A model generated the notes under the pieces. That model saw nothing but the letters and a program-made list of their open reading frames with translations. It ran no database searches and was not told the DNA's origin. From Collinsella sp. (lineage in GTDB: Bacteria > Actinomycetota > Coriobacteriia > Coriobacteriales > Coriobacteriaceae): a DNA stretch of 64,000 nt. Shown in pieces: positions 12,424 to 21,467 of the stretch. The position numbers and the translations under genes were made by a program. The stretch is from the NCBI GenBank assembly GCA_018368535.1, contig JAGZDZ010000002.1:29319-93318 (forward strand). The letters are read 5' to 3'. Position 1 is the first letter of the stretch; the number at the start of each line of letters is the position of its first letter.

Positions 12424-12453
12424 TGACGCGCGCGTAACGACTCGTCTAATATA
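12424..12453 (+). promoter_or_regulatory. putative sigma70-type promoter for the tRNA array (TTGACG, 18 nt spacer, TAATAT)
   Basis: -35 at 12424-12429, -10 at 12448-12453, about 14 nt upstream of tRNA-Ile. Confidence 0.4.
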
Positions 12454-12467
12454 TCCCTTGCGCGATG

Positions 12468-12544
12468 GACCTGTAGCTCAGTTGGTTAGAGCGTCCGGCT
12501 GATAACCGGGAGGTCACAAGTTCGAATCTTGTCAGGTCCACCAC
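12468..12544 (+). tRNA. tRNA-Ile (anticodon GAT), CCA encoded
   Basis: Cloverleaf GGACCTG.../...CAGGTCC-A-CCA, anticodon loop CTGATAA. Confidence 0.9.
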
Positions 12545-12610
12545 TTTCTTTCGCAATAAACACCCCAGCGAGAGCCGAGTCGCCGCTGGGGTGTTTATTA
12601 CTGTCTCCGT

Positions 12611-12686
12611 GGGGGTTTAGCTCAGCTGGGAGAGCGCGGGCTTTGCAAGCCTGAGGTCAGGGGTTCGATCCCCCTAACCTCCACCA
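12611..12686 (+). tRNA. tRNA-Ala (anticodon TGC), CCA encoded
   Basis: Acceptor GGGGGTT/AACCTCC with G3-U70 pair, anticodon loop CTTTGCAA. Confidence 0.9.
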
Positions 12687-12690
12687 TGAT

Positions 12691-12767
12691 GGACCTGTAG
12701 CTCAGTTGGTTAGAGCGTCCGGCTGATAACCGGGAGGTCACAAGTTCGAATCTTGTCAGGTCCACCA
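12691..12767 (+). tRNA. tRNA-Ile (anticodon GAT), second identical copy
   Basis: 77/77 identical to 12468-12544. Confidence 0.9.
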
Positions 12768-12926
12768 TCAAAACTGTGAAGAGCCTCGGGGCATGGCCTC
12801 GGGGCTTTTTTCTTGTGTGTTATAAAACTCATTTTGGTTTTGTGTGCTGTGCGAAAGATTGGGTAGTATAGCTATTCAATGCGGCGAAGGCGCCGTGTGT
12901 TAACCGCTACGTACCGGAGGTGTTCC

Positions 12927-13427
12927 ATGGTTCGTGTCGACATAGAGACCATCGTCATGGCCGCCGGTCCCGTGCCATCGCTTATCGTGCTTCGCGAGCG
13001 CTGCAGCAAATCGGACTCCCCTGCGCCGCTGCGCTCCCTTTCTATCCAAACTGGTTCGTTTGAGGCTGCGGCTATTAGCCGCGGTATTGACAGCGGTCGT
13101 GCCGAGCGCCCGATTGCCCATGACCTGCTGCTCGACACGCTCGATGTCCTGGATGCAAAACTCGAGCGTATCGAGATTGTCCGTGCCGAGCCTCCCGTGT
13201 TTTACGCGACGGTCGTTGTTTTGGCCGACGGCAGCGAGCGCGGTATCGACGCCCGTCCGAGCGACGCCATCGCCCTCGCCGTGCGCAGCAATGCCCCCAT
13301 GTTTGTGGAGGATGACATCATGAACCGCCTGGGGACCGTCTCTCCGGTCGCCGAGGAAATCGATGACGAGCGGGAATTTGAGAAGTTCGACGAGTTCGTC
13401 CATACGCTCTCGCCCGATGATTTTTAA
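12927..13427 (+). CDS. DUF151 bifunctional nuclease domain protein
   Basis: ATG after GGAGG. DARPSDAIALA motif. The ORF track started upstream at 12879. Confidence 0.6.
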   Translation: MVRVDIETIVMAAGPVPSLIVLRERCSKSDSPAPLRSLSIQTGSFEAAAISRGIDSGRAERPIAHDLLLDTLDVLDAKLERIEIVRAEPPVFYATVVVLADGSERGIDARPSDAIALAVRSNAPMFVEDDIMNRLGTVSPVAEEIDDEREFEKFDEFVHTLSPDDF

Positions 13428-13817
13428 ATGACGGGTCGCTATGAGACGGAGTGTACGCTGATGGAGCGTGGCGTCTCGGCCGAGGTCGCCGCCATTGCCC
13501 GCGAGGCCCAGATGCGCTCGGAGGCGTCCGAGGCCGCACGCATCGCCTATGTGACGCAGGCCCGTACGCTTCGCGAGCGCCGTGCCTCCTTTATCAAGAT
13601 GGTTGCCGTCTCCGCACTTGTCGCGGCAATCTCATCGCGCCTTCGTGGTACAGTTGGTGCGCTTGGGTTTTCGATTTCGACGGGCTTGGTCATCTGGGGC
13701 GTGGTCGATGCCGTGATGCTGACTAACCAGATCAAGGTACTCGACAAGCGCGCGGCCGATATGATGCGCGCCCGCGACGCCGCCGCCAAGATCGCTGCCG
13801 AGGCACAAGAGATGTAA
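13428..13817 (+). CDS. hypothetical small membrane protein
   Basis: Contiguous with the DUF151 gene. Predicted TM segments VAVSALVAAI and GLVIWGVVDAVML. Confidence 0.4.
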   Translation: MTGRYETECTLMERGVSAEVAAIAREAQMRSEASEAARIAYVTQARTLRERRASFIKMVAVSALVAAISSRLRGTVGALGFSISTGLVIWGVVDAVMLTNQIKVLDKRAADMMRARDAAAKIAAEAQEM

Positions 13818-13847
13818 CGACGCCGGACTCGATGGGAAGGTCTAAAA

Positions 13848-14297
13848 ATGGCACAGGATATGCAGGACGCCGGAAACGTCTCCGCCGAGCTCGACGCCAT
13901 GGTGTGCGACCTCATCGGGGCCTTTTTGGACGATCTCGCCGCTGGTGAGAATCCGGGCGTTGTCGTTGCGATCGAGGACGCCGCGTCCAACCGCTATCTG
14001 GCGGCACTCGACGAGGACGGCGAGGAGGCATGCCTCGAGGCTGCCACCAACTTTATCTCCGAGCACAAGATGGGCCTTAAGGACGAGGGCCTGGGCCGCA
14101 TCGCCCGTTACGCCATCGGCTATACCGGGTGTGTCGAAATTGACGGCGGCTACCATGACGCCCTGCTCGTGAGTTTCTTTGAGACGACGCTCGAGAGCGG
14201 CTTTTCGGCATACGTACTGTACGAGGGTGCGGGCGCCGGCGATGGTTTTATGTGGAGCGACCCTGAACCTGCAGGTGAGGAAACCCCTCTTATCTAA
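13848..14297 (+). CDS. hypothetical acidic protein
   Basis: GGGAAGG RBS. The protein is highly acidic. Same strand as its neighbours. Confidence 0.4.
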   Translation: MAQDMQDAGNVSAELDAMVCDLIGAFLDDLAAGENPGVVVAIEDAASNRYLAALDEDGEEACLEAATNFISEHKMGLKDEGLGRIARYAIGYTGCVEIDGGYHDALLVSFFETTLESGFSAYVLYEGAGAGDGFMWSDPEPAGEETPLI

Positions 14298-14414
14298 AAT
14301 CGCTAAAATAAACGAGTTTTCGGTAAAAGGCTCAATATTCCCGCCGAGCGTTGTGTTGCTGGGCGGGTCGCATACGCGTGCCGGTTGTATATAGATAGAA
14401 GATAGGGGAACTAC

Positions 14415-16253
14415 ATGCGCGTAGACAATCTGAGGAATATCGCCATCATCGCTCACGTCGACCACGGCAAGACGACGATGGTCGACAAGCTCCTGCGTGC
14501 CACGGACGCCTTCCGTGCCAACCAGCAGGTCGAGGACCGCGTCCTGGATTCTAACGACCAGGAGCGCGAGCGCGGCATTACGATTCTCGCCAAGAACATC
14601 TCTATCGAGTACAAGGACGTCAAGATCAACGTCATCGACACCCCGGGTCACGCCGACTTTGGCGGCGAGGTCGAGCGCGTGCTGCGTATGGCCGACGGCG
14701 CCCTGCTGCTGGTCGACGCTTTTGAGGGCCCCATGCCCCAGACCCGCTTCGTTCTGCGTCATGCCATCGACACCGGCCTCAAGATCATGATCGTCATCAA
14801 CAAGATCGATCGTCCGGGCGCCAACCCCGAGAAGGCCTACAACGACTGCCTGGACCTGATGGCCGACCTGGGCGCCACCGACGACCAGCTTGAGTTTGCC
14901 ATGGAGCACGTGGTCTACGCTAGTGCCATGAATGGCTTTGCCCGCCTTGACCCCAACGACGGAAACATGGACATGTATCCGCTGCTCGATATGATCATCG
15001 ACGACATGCCCGCGCCCGAGGTTGACGAGAACGCCCCGCTGGCCATGCAGTGCGTGACCATCGATCACTCCAACTTCGTTGGCCGCATCGGCATCGGTCG
15101 CGTGTACTCCGGCGCCATCCACCAGGGCGACCAGATCCTGGTCGTCAAGAACGACGGTTCCAGCGCCACCGCTACCGTCAAGCAGCTCTTTACCTTCGAC
15201 TACCTGGGCCGTACCGAGTGCCAGGAAGTCGGCGCCGGCGACATCGCCGCCGTCGTGGGCATCGACCGCACCGATATCGGCGATGTCTACACCGACCCCG
15301 AGAACCCCGTCGAGCTCGAGCCTATCGAGATCGACCCGCCGACCCTGTCCATTGTCTTTGAGGCCTCGACCTCCCCGCTCGTCGGCCGCGACGGCGATAT
15401 CGTGGGCGCCCGTCAGCTCAAGGAGCGTCTGTTCAACGAGGCCGAGAACAACGTGACTATGAAGATCGAGGAGCTCGAGGACAAGAGCGGCGTCGAGGTC
15501 TCGGGCCGCGGCATTCTGCACCTGTCCGTTCTGATGGAGTCCATGCGCCGCGAGGGCTTTGAGTTCCAGGTCGGTCGTCCCCGCGTTCTGTTTAAGAAGG
15601 ACGAGAACGGCAACAAGATGGAGCCCGTCGAGCAGGCCGTCGTCGAGTGCCCGGACGAGTACTCGGGCAAGGTCGTTGAGGTCTTCGGCACCTCCGGCGG
15701 CATCATGACGAGTATGGATACCTCGGGCATCGTGACGCACCTCGAGTTTAAGATCCCGACCCGCGGCATCATGGGCCTTAAGAACCGCATTATGAACGTC
15801 ACCCACGGCGAGGGCGTGTTCTATCACACCTTCCTGGAGTACGGCCCCTACGCCGGCGAGATCGGCAACCGCCAGAACGGTGCCATGATCTCCATGACCA
15901 CCGAGAAAGCCGTTGCCTACGCTCTGGGTACGCTGCAGGAGCGCGGCCAGCTGTTCGTTGAGCCGGGCACCGAGTGCTACGAGGGCATGATCGTGGGCGA
16001 GCGCAGCAAGGCAGGCGACATGGTCGTCAACATCGCCCGTACCAAGAACCTGGGCAACCAGCGTTCCTCGACCTCCGATATCTCCGTCCAGCTGGTGCCG
16101 CCTCGCACCTTCTCGCTGGAGGAGGCGCTGGAGTACATCGCTGACGACGAGCTGGTGGAGATCACTCCCAAGAACATCCGCCTGCGCAAGCGTCTGCTCA
16201 ACGCCACCGACCGCAAGAAGGCCGCCGTCCGCGCCGGTCAGGTCAACAAATAA
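14415..16253 (+). CDS. typA: translational GTPase TypA/BipA
   Basis: G1 [10 protein letters not shown]3 DTPGH, G4 NKID. EF-G-like domains plus BipA C-terminal domain. Confidence 0.95.
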   Translation: MRVDNLRNIAIIAHVDHGKTTMVDKLLRATDAFRANQQVEDRVLDSNDQERERGITILAKNISIEYKDVKINVIDTPGHADFGGEVERVLRMADGALLLVDAFEGPMPQTRFVLRHAIDTGLKIMIVINKIDRPGANPEKAYNDCLDLMADLGATDDQLEFAMEHVVYASAMNGFARLDPNDGNMDMYPLLDMIIDDMPAPEVDENAPLAMQCVTIDHSNFVGRIGIGRVYSGAIHQGDQILVVKNDGSSATATVKQLFTFDYLGRTECQEVGAGDIAAVVGIDRTDIGDVYTDPENPVELEPIEIDPPTLSIVFEASTSPLVGRDGDIVGARQLKERLFNEAENNVTMKIEELEDKSGVEVSGRGILHLSVLMESMRREGFEFQVGRPRVLFKKDENGNKMEPVEQAVVECPDEYSGKVVEVFGTSGGIMTSMDTSGIVTHLEFKIPTRGIMGLKNRIMNVTHGEGVFYHTFLEYGPYAGEIGNRQNGAMISMTTEKAVAYALGTLQERGQLFVEPGTECYEGMIVGERSKAGDMVVNIARTKNLGNQRSSTSDISVQLVPPRTFSLEEALEYIADDELVEITPKNIRLRKRLLNATDRKKAAVRAGQVNK

Positions 16254-16283
16254 GCGCTGGTCTTTATAGCGTCTAACAAGAAA

Positions 16284-16320
16284 GGGCGTCGACCGTGATG
16301 GTCGGCGCCCTTTTTGTGCA
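16284..16320 (+). terminator. rho-independent terminator after typA
   Basis: GGGCGTCGACC-gtgat-GGTCGGCGCCC followed by TTTTTG. Confidence 0.6.
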
Positions 16321-16381
16321 CAGGGACTGAGCTGGTCTGCATCACCACAAAGGTGCCTGGCCCCTTTATGGTGGTTGGCGG

Positions 16382-17527
16382 CTAAGCGGTGGGGAGTTCT
16401 GGCGTGTTAGCCGGCTGCTGCGGCTTAAGGTGGGCGTTGCGCCAGATGATTTGGATGATGTAGCCGAGCATAAAGACAAAGGCCACGCCGCTGATGAAAT
16501 CGCCTACGAGGGGGATTGCCGTAAGCGCGCCCGCGGCGATGCCGCCCACGGCCGCCATGGCGTAGCGGTTCTGACTATGTCCGACCATGCGGGCGATCGC
16601 ACATCCCGCAAAGGCGCTCGACACCAGTGCGATGCCGATAGCGCCGCACAAGAGGGCTCCGGCAAGCGACAGACCAGCGATGGAGATAATCAGCAGTAGG
16701 ACGGCGGGGGCTATAGCAATCGTACCCAGAAGACCGCTCACCCACAGGGGCGTGGGGCGCTGGTGGAGCATGCCGGCGGCGCTGGCGGTCGCGCGCGGAA
16801 AGACGAGCTCGAGTAGCAGGGCGACAAAGCAGGTGGAAAGCGCCGCGGCGACGATACCGCCGATGACATCGTTAACGGTGGAAGTATCCTCGTTCTCGGT
16901 GCGGTCGATCTTGAGCGCGCCTACCTCGGCTCCTGCGGCACGCTCGGGGTCCTCGGAGACGTGCGCGTTCACGGTGCCGGTGATGTGGGCGTTCTTGCCC
17001 AGGATGAGCTTGTCGGTCCAAACCTCAACATCGCCCTCGACGGTGCCATCGATAGTCACCGTATCGCCCGCAAGCGCTGCCGACTTGGTAGAGCCGCGCA
17101 GGGCAACCGTCTCGCCTATCGCGTAAAAACAGTTGGCGGTGCTGCCGGCGTTGAGAACAACGTGCTGGCCAGCGACGGTCACGCTGCCATCAACCGTGGT
17201 CTGGGCGATATCAATCGTGCGCGCCGCAAGACGAACGGCGCCGCCCACCGTGCAGTCGCGAATTGAGAGGGTATCGCCCGCAGCGATGATATCGTGGTCG
17301 ATGGACGCATCATCCAAGTTGAGGGCCTGACCGGCCCAGTACAGGTCACCCTCGACGCCGGACGGATTGGCGTCATTGTCGGTCGCAAGTACGTTGCCTG
17401 CGGTGTCCGTGCCGGCGAACGACGCCGTGGGAAGCGCGGTGATCGCCAGCGCGATGAGCGCGAATGCCATAAGCAGGCAGCGACGCATCTTGTGTGACGG
17501 CGCCGCCGCGGTTTGATTGAAAGCCAT
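16382..17527 (-). CDS. secreted/membrane-anchored protein with bactofilin-like (polymer-forming cytoskeletal) beta-helical repeats and C-terminal multi-TM domain
   Basis: AAGGA RBS, N-terminal signal peptide, repeats (GDTVTIDGTVEGDVEVW, ITGTVNAHV), about 4 C-terminal TM helices. Confidence 0.55.
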   Translation of the reverse strand: MAFNQTAAAPSHKMRRCLLMAFALIALAITALPTASFAGTDTAGNVLATDNDANPSGVEGDLYWAGQALNLDDASIDHDIIAAGDTLSIRDCTVGGAVRLAARTIDIAQTTVDGSVTVAGQHVVLNAGSTANCFYAIGETVALRGSTKSAALAGDTVTIDGTVEGDVEVWTDKLILGKNAHITGTVNAHVSEDPERAAGAEVGALKIDRTENEDTSTVNDVIGGIVAAALSTCFVALLLELVFPRATASAAGMLHQRPTPLWVSGLLGTIAIAPAVLLLIISIAGLSLAGALLCGAIGIALVSSAFAGCAIARMVGHSQNRYAMAAVGGIAAGALTAIPLVGDFISGVAFVFMLGYIIQIIWRNAHLKPQQPANTPELPTA

Positions 17528-17634
17528 GGTTGATCCTTTTGTTAGGTGTTCGGCATATACCTAACAGGGTACCCAACGTGCGGGCGCTCTAAAAGAACCT
17601 CTCGGTTGCATTTCGAAGGGTCGTGCCGTGCTGT

Positions 17635-18306
17635 CTACTTTTTACGGTGCAAGAAGCGCGCGATATCTTCTTCGGTGGGGCTTTTGATGTCAAAGCGCAG
17701 TGAGAGCCAGCGCAGGCCCATGGTCACGACAACGCATACGACCAGCGCGGCGACATTGCTCATGATGCCGCTCATAACGAGACACACATAGCTTGTCGAT
17801 CCGGCGATGGCGGCGATGGCATAAAAGTTAGTGCGTTGGAAAATGCCCGGAACCACGCCCATAAAACCGTCGCGCAACATGCCGCCGCCTACTGCGGTAA
17901 AAAAGCCCATCATGATGCACACCGCCGGCGCAAAGCCGTAGACCAGCGCCTTGTCCGCTCCGGTGGCGGCATAGATGCCGACCGAGATGATGTCGAGCAG
18001 GGGAATGAGTTTTTCGGGTTTGTCGACGATTGCCGGGAAAATGTAGATGATGGCTGCCGTGGCAATGGAAAGCGGGAGCGCCATCGGCTGGTTGAGGATG
18101 TAGACGTTGCCCACCTGCAGCGTCATATCGCGCAAAAGACCGCCGCCCAGGCCGCAAACCACCGCGAGCGCAACTGCACCCACCAGGTCGAGTTTGTGCT
18201 CGCGCGCAACCAGTACACCCGAGATCGATGCAGCGACAACGGCGAACATCTCGAGCCAAAACGGAATAGCGACCATGGCATCCGAGGCATGTGAGGTAAT
18301 GGTCAT
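17635..18306 (-). CDS. UPF0126 (PF03458, TRIC/YicG-like) membrane protein
   Basis: Duplicated hallmark GLGGGLLRD / VGGGMLRD motifs. The ORF track uses a TTG at 18324; ATG at 18306 is more likely. Confidence 0.7.
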   Translation of the reverse strand: MTITSHASDAMVAIPFWLEMFAVVAASISGVLVAREHKLDLVGAVALAVVCGLGGGLLRDMTLQVGNVYILNQPMALPLSIATAAIIYIFPAIVDKPEKLIPLLDIISVGIYAATGADKALVYGFAPAVCIMMGFFTAVGGGMLRDGFMGVVPGIFQRTNFYAIAAIAGSTSYVCLVMSGIMSNVAALVVCVVVTMGLRWLSLRFDIKSPTEEDIARFLHRKK

Positions 18307-18490
18307 AGCGGCGACGACGGGCAAGATGGGGTCCTTTGAGTTACGGGTTTAGACAATGCCCGTACATAGTACATGTTCGGCGCCGATTGCGACCCTATTG
18401 CTCGGCAAACGGTCGGGACTGGGTACGGTCATAGGTTCCATGTTTGGGGATCCGGGTTGATGCTGAACGCGATGGGGGCGTGGTCGAATA

Positions 18491-18632
18491 GGAGGGATGT
18501 CCAAATTTTGAGCTTTGCTCAAAATTTATCCGGTCGGCTTACGCCGACCGCGCTGCGCTAAAAACGCGCCACTGGCGCGTTTTCTTTACGCTTTGCGCCC
18601 TGGCGGGTTCGAATCCCTCCTCCTCCGCCGTA
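18491..18632 (+). other. hairpin-rich tRNA-like element ending in a T-arm/acceptor identical (25 nt) to the 3' end of tRNA-Ser(CGA) but in inverted orientation; lies at the left prophage boundary
   Basis: 5' GGAGGGATG, then three perfect hairpins (18506-18528, 18532-18549, 18560-18584), then GGGTTCGAATCCCTCCTCCTCCGCC at 18600-18624. This is the reverse complement of 56245-56269. Confidence 0.35.
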
Positions 18633-18781
18633 TTTGCTTGTAAGGGACTTAAAAGAAAAAAGCCCCCGATCTGGGAGCTTTCTCAACCAAAATGGCGGGG
18701 TACGTGCGAGTTAGCACGAACACCTACGCCTACGGCATACGCAGGGGCTTCGCGCTCCTGGTCACCGATGTGGCGCTGTGA

Positions 18782-20005
18782 CTATCCTATCACGAGCTGT
18801 TGGCCTGGGTAGATGCGATTGGGGTCTGCGATTCCGTTCGCTGCCGCGATTTCCTGATAGGTCGTGCCGAACTTCGCGGCGATGCCCGAGAGGGTGTCGC
18901 CGCTCTGCACCGTGTACGTGTGCTTGGTCGATACCGTGCCGCCGATCGGGATTGACAGGCGCTGCCCGGTGTAGATGAGGTTCGGGTTTTGGATTCCGTT
19001 CGCCGCCACGATGGCATCGACGGTCACACCATAGTGCGCCGCGATGGCCGACAGCGTGTCGCCTGCTACCACGGTGTATACCGTGCTGTCTCCCGAACCT
19101 CCACCGTTCACGACGGCGCGGACCTCTTCGGCGCGGCCGCAGATGTCGAGCACGGTCGAACGCAGGGGGTCGTTTCCGTACACGCCCTCCCATACCTCGT
19201 CGGCGAGCTCGTCGGCCGACGCATCGTGGATGTGGTTGATCATGTTCTGGACTTCATCGTACCGCGAGCCGCAGTAGTCCCGGCGAGCCTGGTCGTTGAG
19301 CCCGTGCTCGGCGATGTATGCGATGAGGTCGATGGTGCGGCCTGCGGGTGCCGTGGAGGTGTCAGGCTCGACAGGCTCCGGGGCGGGTTCGGGCTCCGCC
19401 CCGTCGGGGCACGCGTATGCCTGCCACGCGCTGCGGTCGCCGTAGAACTTGTTCAGGTCGAGCGGGCCGCCATAGCCGGCGATCCTGCCGTTGGAGGTGT
19501 ACTGGCGCATCGAGCAGGAGTAAGCGCCCTCGTTCCACGGGGAGTCCTGGTAACCCGTGGCGTCGTTGTCGGCATACTGGGCCACCCATGTCCCGGCGTT
19601 GAGCAGCTTCGCGGTGTCCCACGGGAACACGGCCTTCGAGGCGTAGATGAGCGGGATGATTCCTGTGCGCTCAACGATGCGGCGGCACACCGCGTCGAGG
19701 TAGGAGAGGTCCCCCCACGCCGCGTTCTGGTTCTGCTCCCAGTCCACGCAGAGCGTGCCCTTGCCCATCCAGTTCAGCACGCTGTCAACGAAGAAGTCGG
19801 CCTCCGCCTGCGCGTTGCCTCCCGCTACGTAGTGGTATACGCCGAAGAGCTTGCCGACGGAGCGCGCGAGCTCGACCTGCCTAGCGCAGTCTGGGGATGT
19901 GTAGGTAGTGCCCTGCGTCGCCTTGCAGATGGCGAAGTCGCAGGGAACGGCCGCGAGGTCGATGCCCGCCTGCCAGTTCGAGATGTCTATGCCGTTAAGC
20001 GCCAT
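18782..20005 (-). CDS. endolysin: GH25 muramidase with two C-terminal LysM domains
   Basis: GIDISNWQ GH25 start motif. Two LysM repeats (YTVVAGDTLSAIAAHYGVT and YTVQSGDTLSGIAAKFGTT). Confidence 0.85.
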   Translation of the reverse strand: MALNGIDISNWQAGIDLAAVPCDFAICKATQGTTYTSPDCARQVELARSVGKLFGVYHYVAGGNAQAEADFFVDSVLNWMGKGTLCVDWEQNQNAAWGDLSYLDAVCRRIVERTGIIPLIYASKAVFPWDTAKLLNAGTWVAQYADNDATGYQDSPWNEGAYSCSMRQYTSNGRIAGYGGPLDLNKFYGDRSAWQAYACPDGAEPEPAPEPVEPDTSTAPAGRTIDLIAYIAEHGLNDQARRDYCGSRYDEVQNMINHIHDASADELADEVWEGVYGNDPLRSTVLDICGRAEEVRAVVNGGGSGDSTVYTVVAGDTLSAIAAHYGVTVDAIVAANGIQNPNLIYTGQRLSIPIGGTVSTKHTYTVQSGDTLSGIAAKFGTTYQEIAAANGIADPNRIYPGQQLVIG

Positions 20006-20684
20006 AGAGCCCTCCTTTGATCGTGTAGAAGTACTTCCAGTCGATTCCGGCGAGCTCGTCGCGCGTCCACGCGCGCTGCGAGTTCTCGCCGCTCGCCGGG
20101 TCTCTGACCCAGTAGGAGCCGTCTTCGGAGAGCCATATCAGCACGACGTGGCCCTCGTACGCCTCGTCCCCGAGCGCGCCGCTCATGCCCGCGAAGGCGA
20201 GCCATCCGTCATCGACCGCATCGAGAACGGGGTCGAGCTGGTAGGAGATTTCGGAGAACTCGATGCCATACTCCGGGTAGTGCTCCGCTATCCACGCGCA
20301 GAACTTCCCGGGGTCGTTTACCCCGGCCGTGAGGCACGAGTCGCCGACGGCATCGGCGAGCATGAGCGGCGTCACGTCCTGCAGGGTCATGTACTTGATG
20401 GCCATGGACGCGCACACGAGGCCGCAGCCCGCCTCGCCGACGGTTGAGCCCGCGTACGGCACGTCCGCCCACTGCGGGTCGGTCTGCAGCCACAGCGGCA
20501 TCCAATTGCCCTCCGGTATGGGGCGGTCGAGAACTGGTGCCATGGCTTCCTCGCGCCCCTGCTCGCGCGCCTCCGCGAGCGCCTGCGCGTCCTGGCCGGC
20601 ATGCTCGAACATGAGAAGCCCCCACAGGCACGTCGCGACGAGCGCGCCTGTGAGGAGCGATGCGGCGAGCTTAATCCTGCTCAT
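19995..20684 (-). CDS. putative cell-wall peptidase, papain-like (C39/NlpC-P60-like) cysteine peptidase domain, N-terminal signal/TM
   Basis: AGCGLVCASMAI catalytic-Cys context. Located in the lysis cassette. Confidence 0.45.
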   Translation of the reverse strand: MSRIKLAASLLTGALVATCLWGLLMFEHAGQDAQALAEAREQGREEAMAPVLDRPIPEGNWMPLWLQTDPQWADVPYAGSTVGEAGCGLVCASMAIKYMTLQDVTPLMLADAVGDSCLTAGVNDPGKFCAWIAEHYPEYGIEFSEISYQLDPVLDAVDDGWLAFAGMSGALGDEAYEGHVVLIWLSEDGSYWVRDPASGENSQRAWTRDELAGIDWKYFYTIKGGLYGA

Positions 20685-20988
20685 CCTCGCCTCCGACGTT
20701 GCCGAGGGCGAGGAGGGCGTCGAGCCACTTGGAGGTGATGCCCACGCCCTTGAAGAGCGTGTAGGCGGTCTGCACGCCGCCGATGAGGGCGAAGATGCAC
20801 GTCACCCATCCTGCCGGGTCTGCGGGGACGCCGCCGACGAGCGCGGTGACGACGCCAGCGATGACGGATGCGGCGAGCGCGATGACTCGCGCGGCGTTGC
20901 CGGTCAGTGCCTCGGTCTTGATCGCCTGCACGATGAACGGCACGGCGACGGAGAGGACAACCGCTGCGATTGCTTGGATTTCGGTCAT
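20671..20988 (-). CDS. holin
   Basis: 105 aa, three TM segments, charged C-terminus (GGEDEQD), immediately upstream of the lysins. Confidence 0.6.
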   Translation of the reverse strand: MTEIQAIAAVVLSVAVPFIVQAIKTEALTGNAARVIALAASVIAGVVTALVGGVPADPAGWVTCIFALIGGVQTAYTLFKGVGITSKWLDALLALGNVGGEDEQD

Positions 20989-21002
20989 TTCTTGCTCCTT
21001 TC

Positions 21003-21377
21003 TTAGGCCACGTGAGCGGCCATGATCTCCTTGTAGAGGGCGGTGCCGGAGCCGTTACCTCCGAGCACGTCGTGGTACTCGCGGAAGACCTCCTCCGCCT
21101 CCTGCTTGTCGGCAGGCGTGCAGGGAGTGCCGTCAACGACGTATCGGCGGTGCATGTCGGCGAGCCGGCAGTAGAGCAGCGTCTTGAGGATTTGCCGCGT
21201 CGTTTCGCGGTCTTTCGCCGCCTCCTTGCGGGTCTCCTCGCGGGCTTTGTCCGATTCCGCCTTGGCTTGTGCGCGCTCTTTCGCTGCGCCCTTGATTCCG
21301 CCCATCGCCCATCCGACTGCGATGCTCACTGCGGATGTGATTGCCGTGACGGCGATCTGCGAGAGAAACGGGTCCAT
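21003..21377 (-). CDS. hypothetical phage lysis-module protein with N-terminal TM helix
   Basis: N-terminal hydrophobic segment, then a charged coiled region. Position next to the holin. Confidence 0.4.
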   Translation of the reverse strand: MDPFLSQIAVTAITSAVSIAVGWAMGGIKGAAKERAQAKAESDKAREETRKEAAKDRETTRQILKTLLYCRLADMHRRYVVDGTPCTPADKQEAEEVFREYHDVLGGNGSGTALYKEIMAAHVA

Positions 21378-21467
21378 GGGTCACCTCCTTCGGTCCGTAT
21401 TCCTGCGGGCATCATCTCGGAGGTGTCGCCATATGAAAAAAGCGCCCCCGCAGGGGCGCTCGGTGGG

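Noticed and set aside
13842-15827. 661-aa minus-strand ORF antisense to typA and to the small acidic gene
   Set aside because: Codon-free high-GC antisense ORF. It overlaps a well-conserved GTPase gene, and its product is low-complexity Gly/Val/Asp-rich.
18325-18490. Possible glycine riboswitch in the 5' region of the UPF0126 gene
   Set aside because: UPF0126 genes are often glycine-riboswitch regulated. The minus-strand sequence lacks the conserved GGAGAG / ACCGAAGGGGCAA / CUCAGGCAAAAGGAC cores; only a weak CTCAAAGGAC resemblance was found.
18491-18632. tmRNA hypothesis for the hairpin-rich tRNA-like element
   Set aside because: Only 142 nt, far shorter than any tmRNA, with no credible tag-peptide ORF. 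Kept as a tRNA-like or att-associated element instead.
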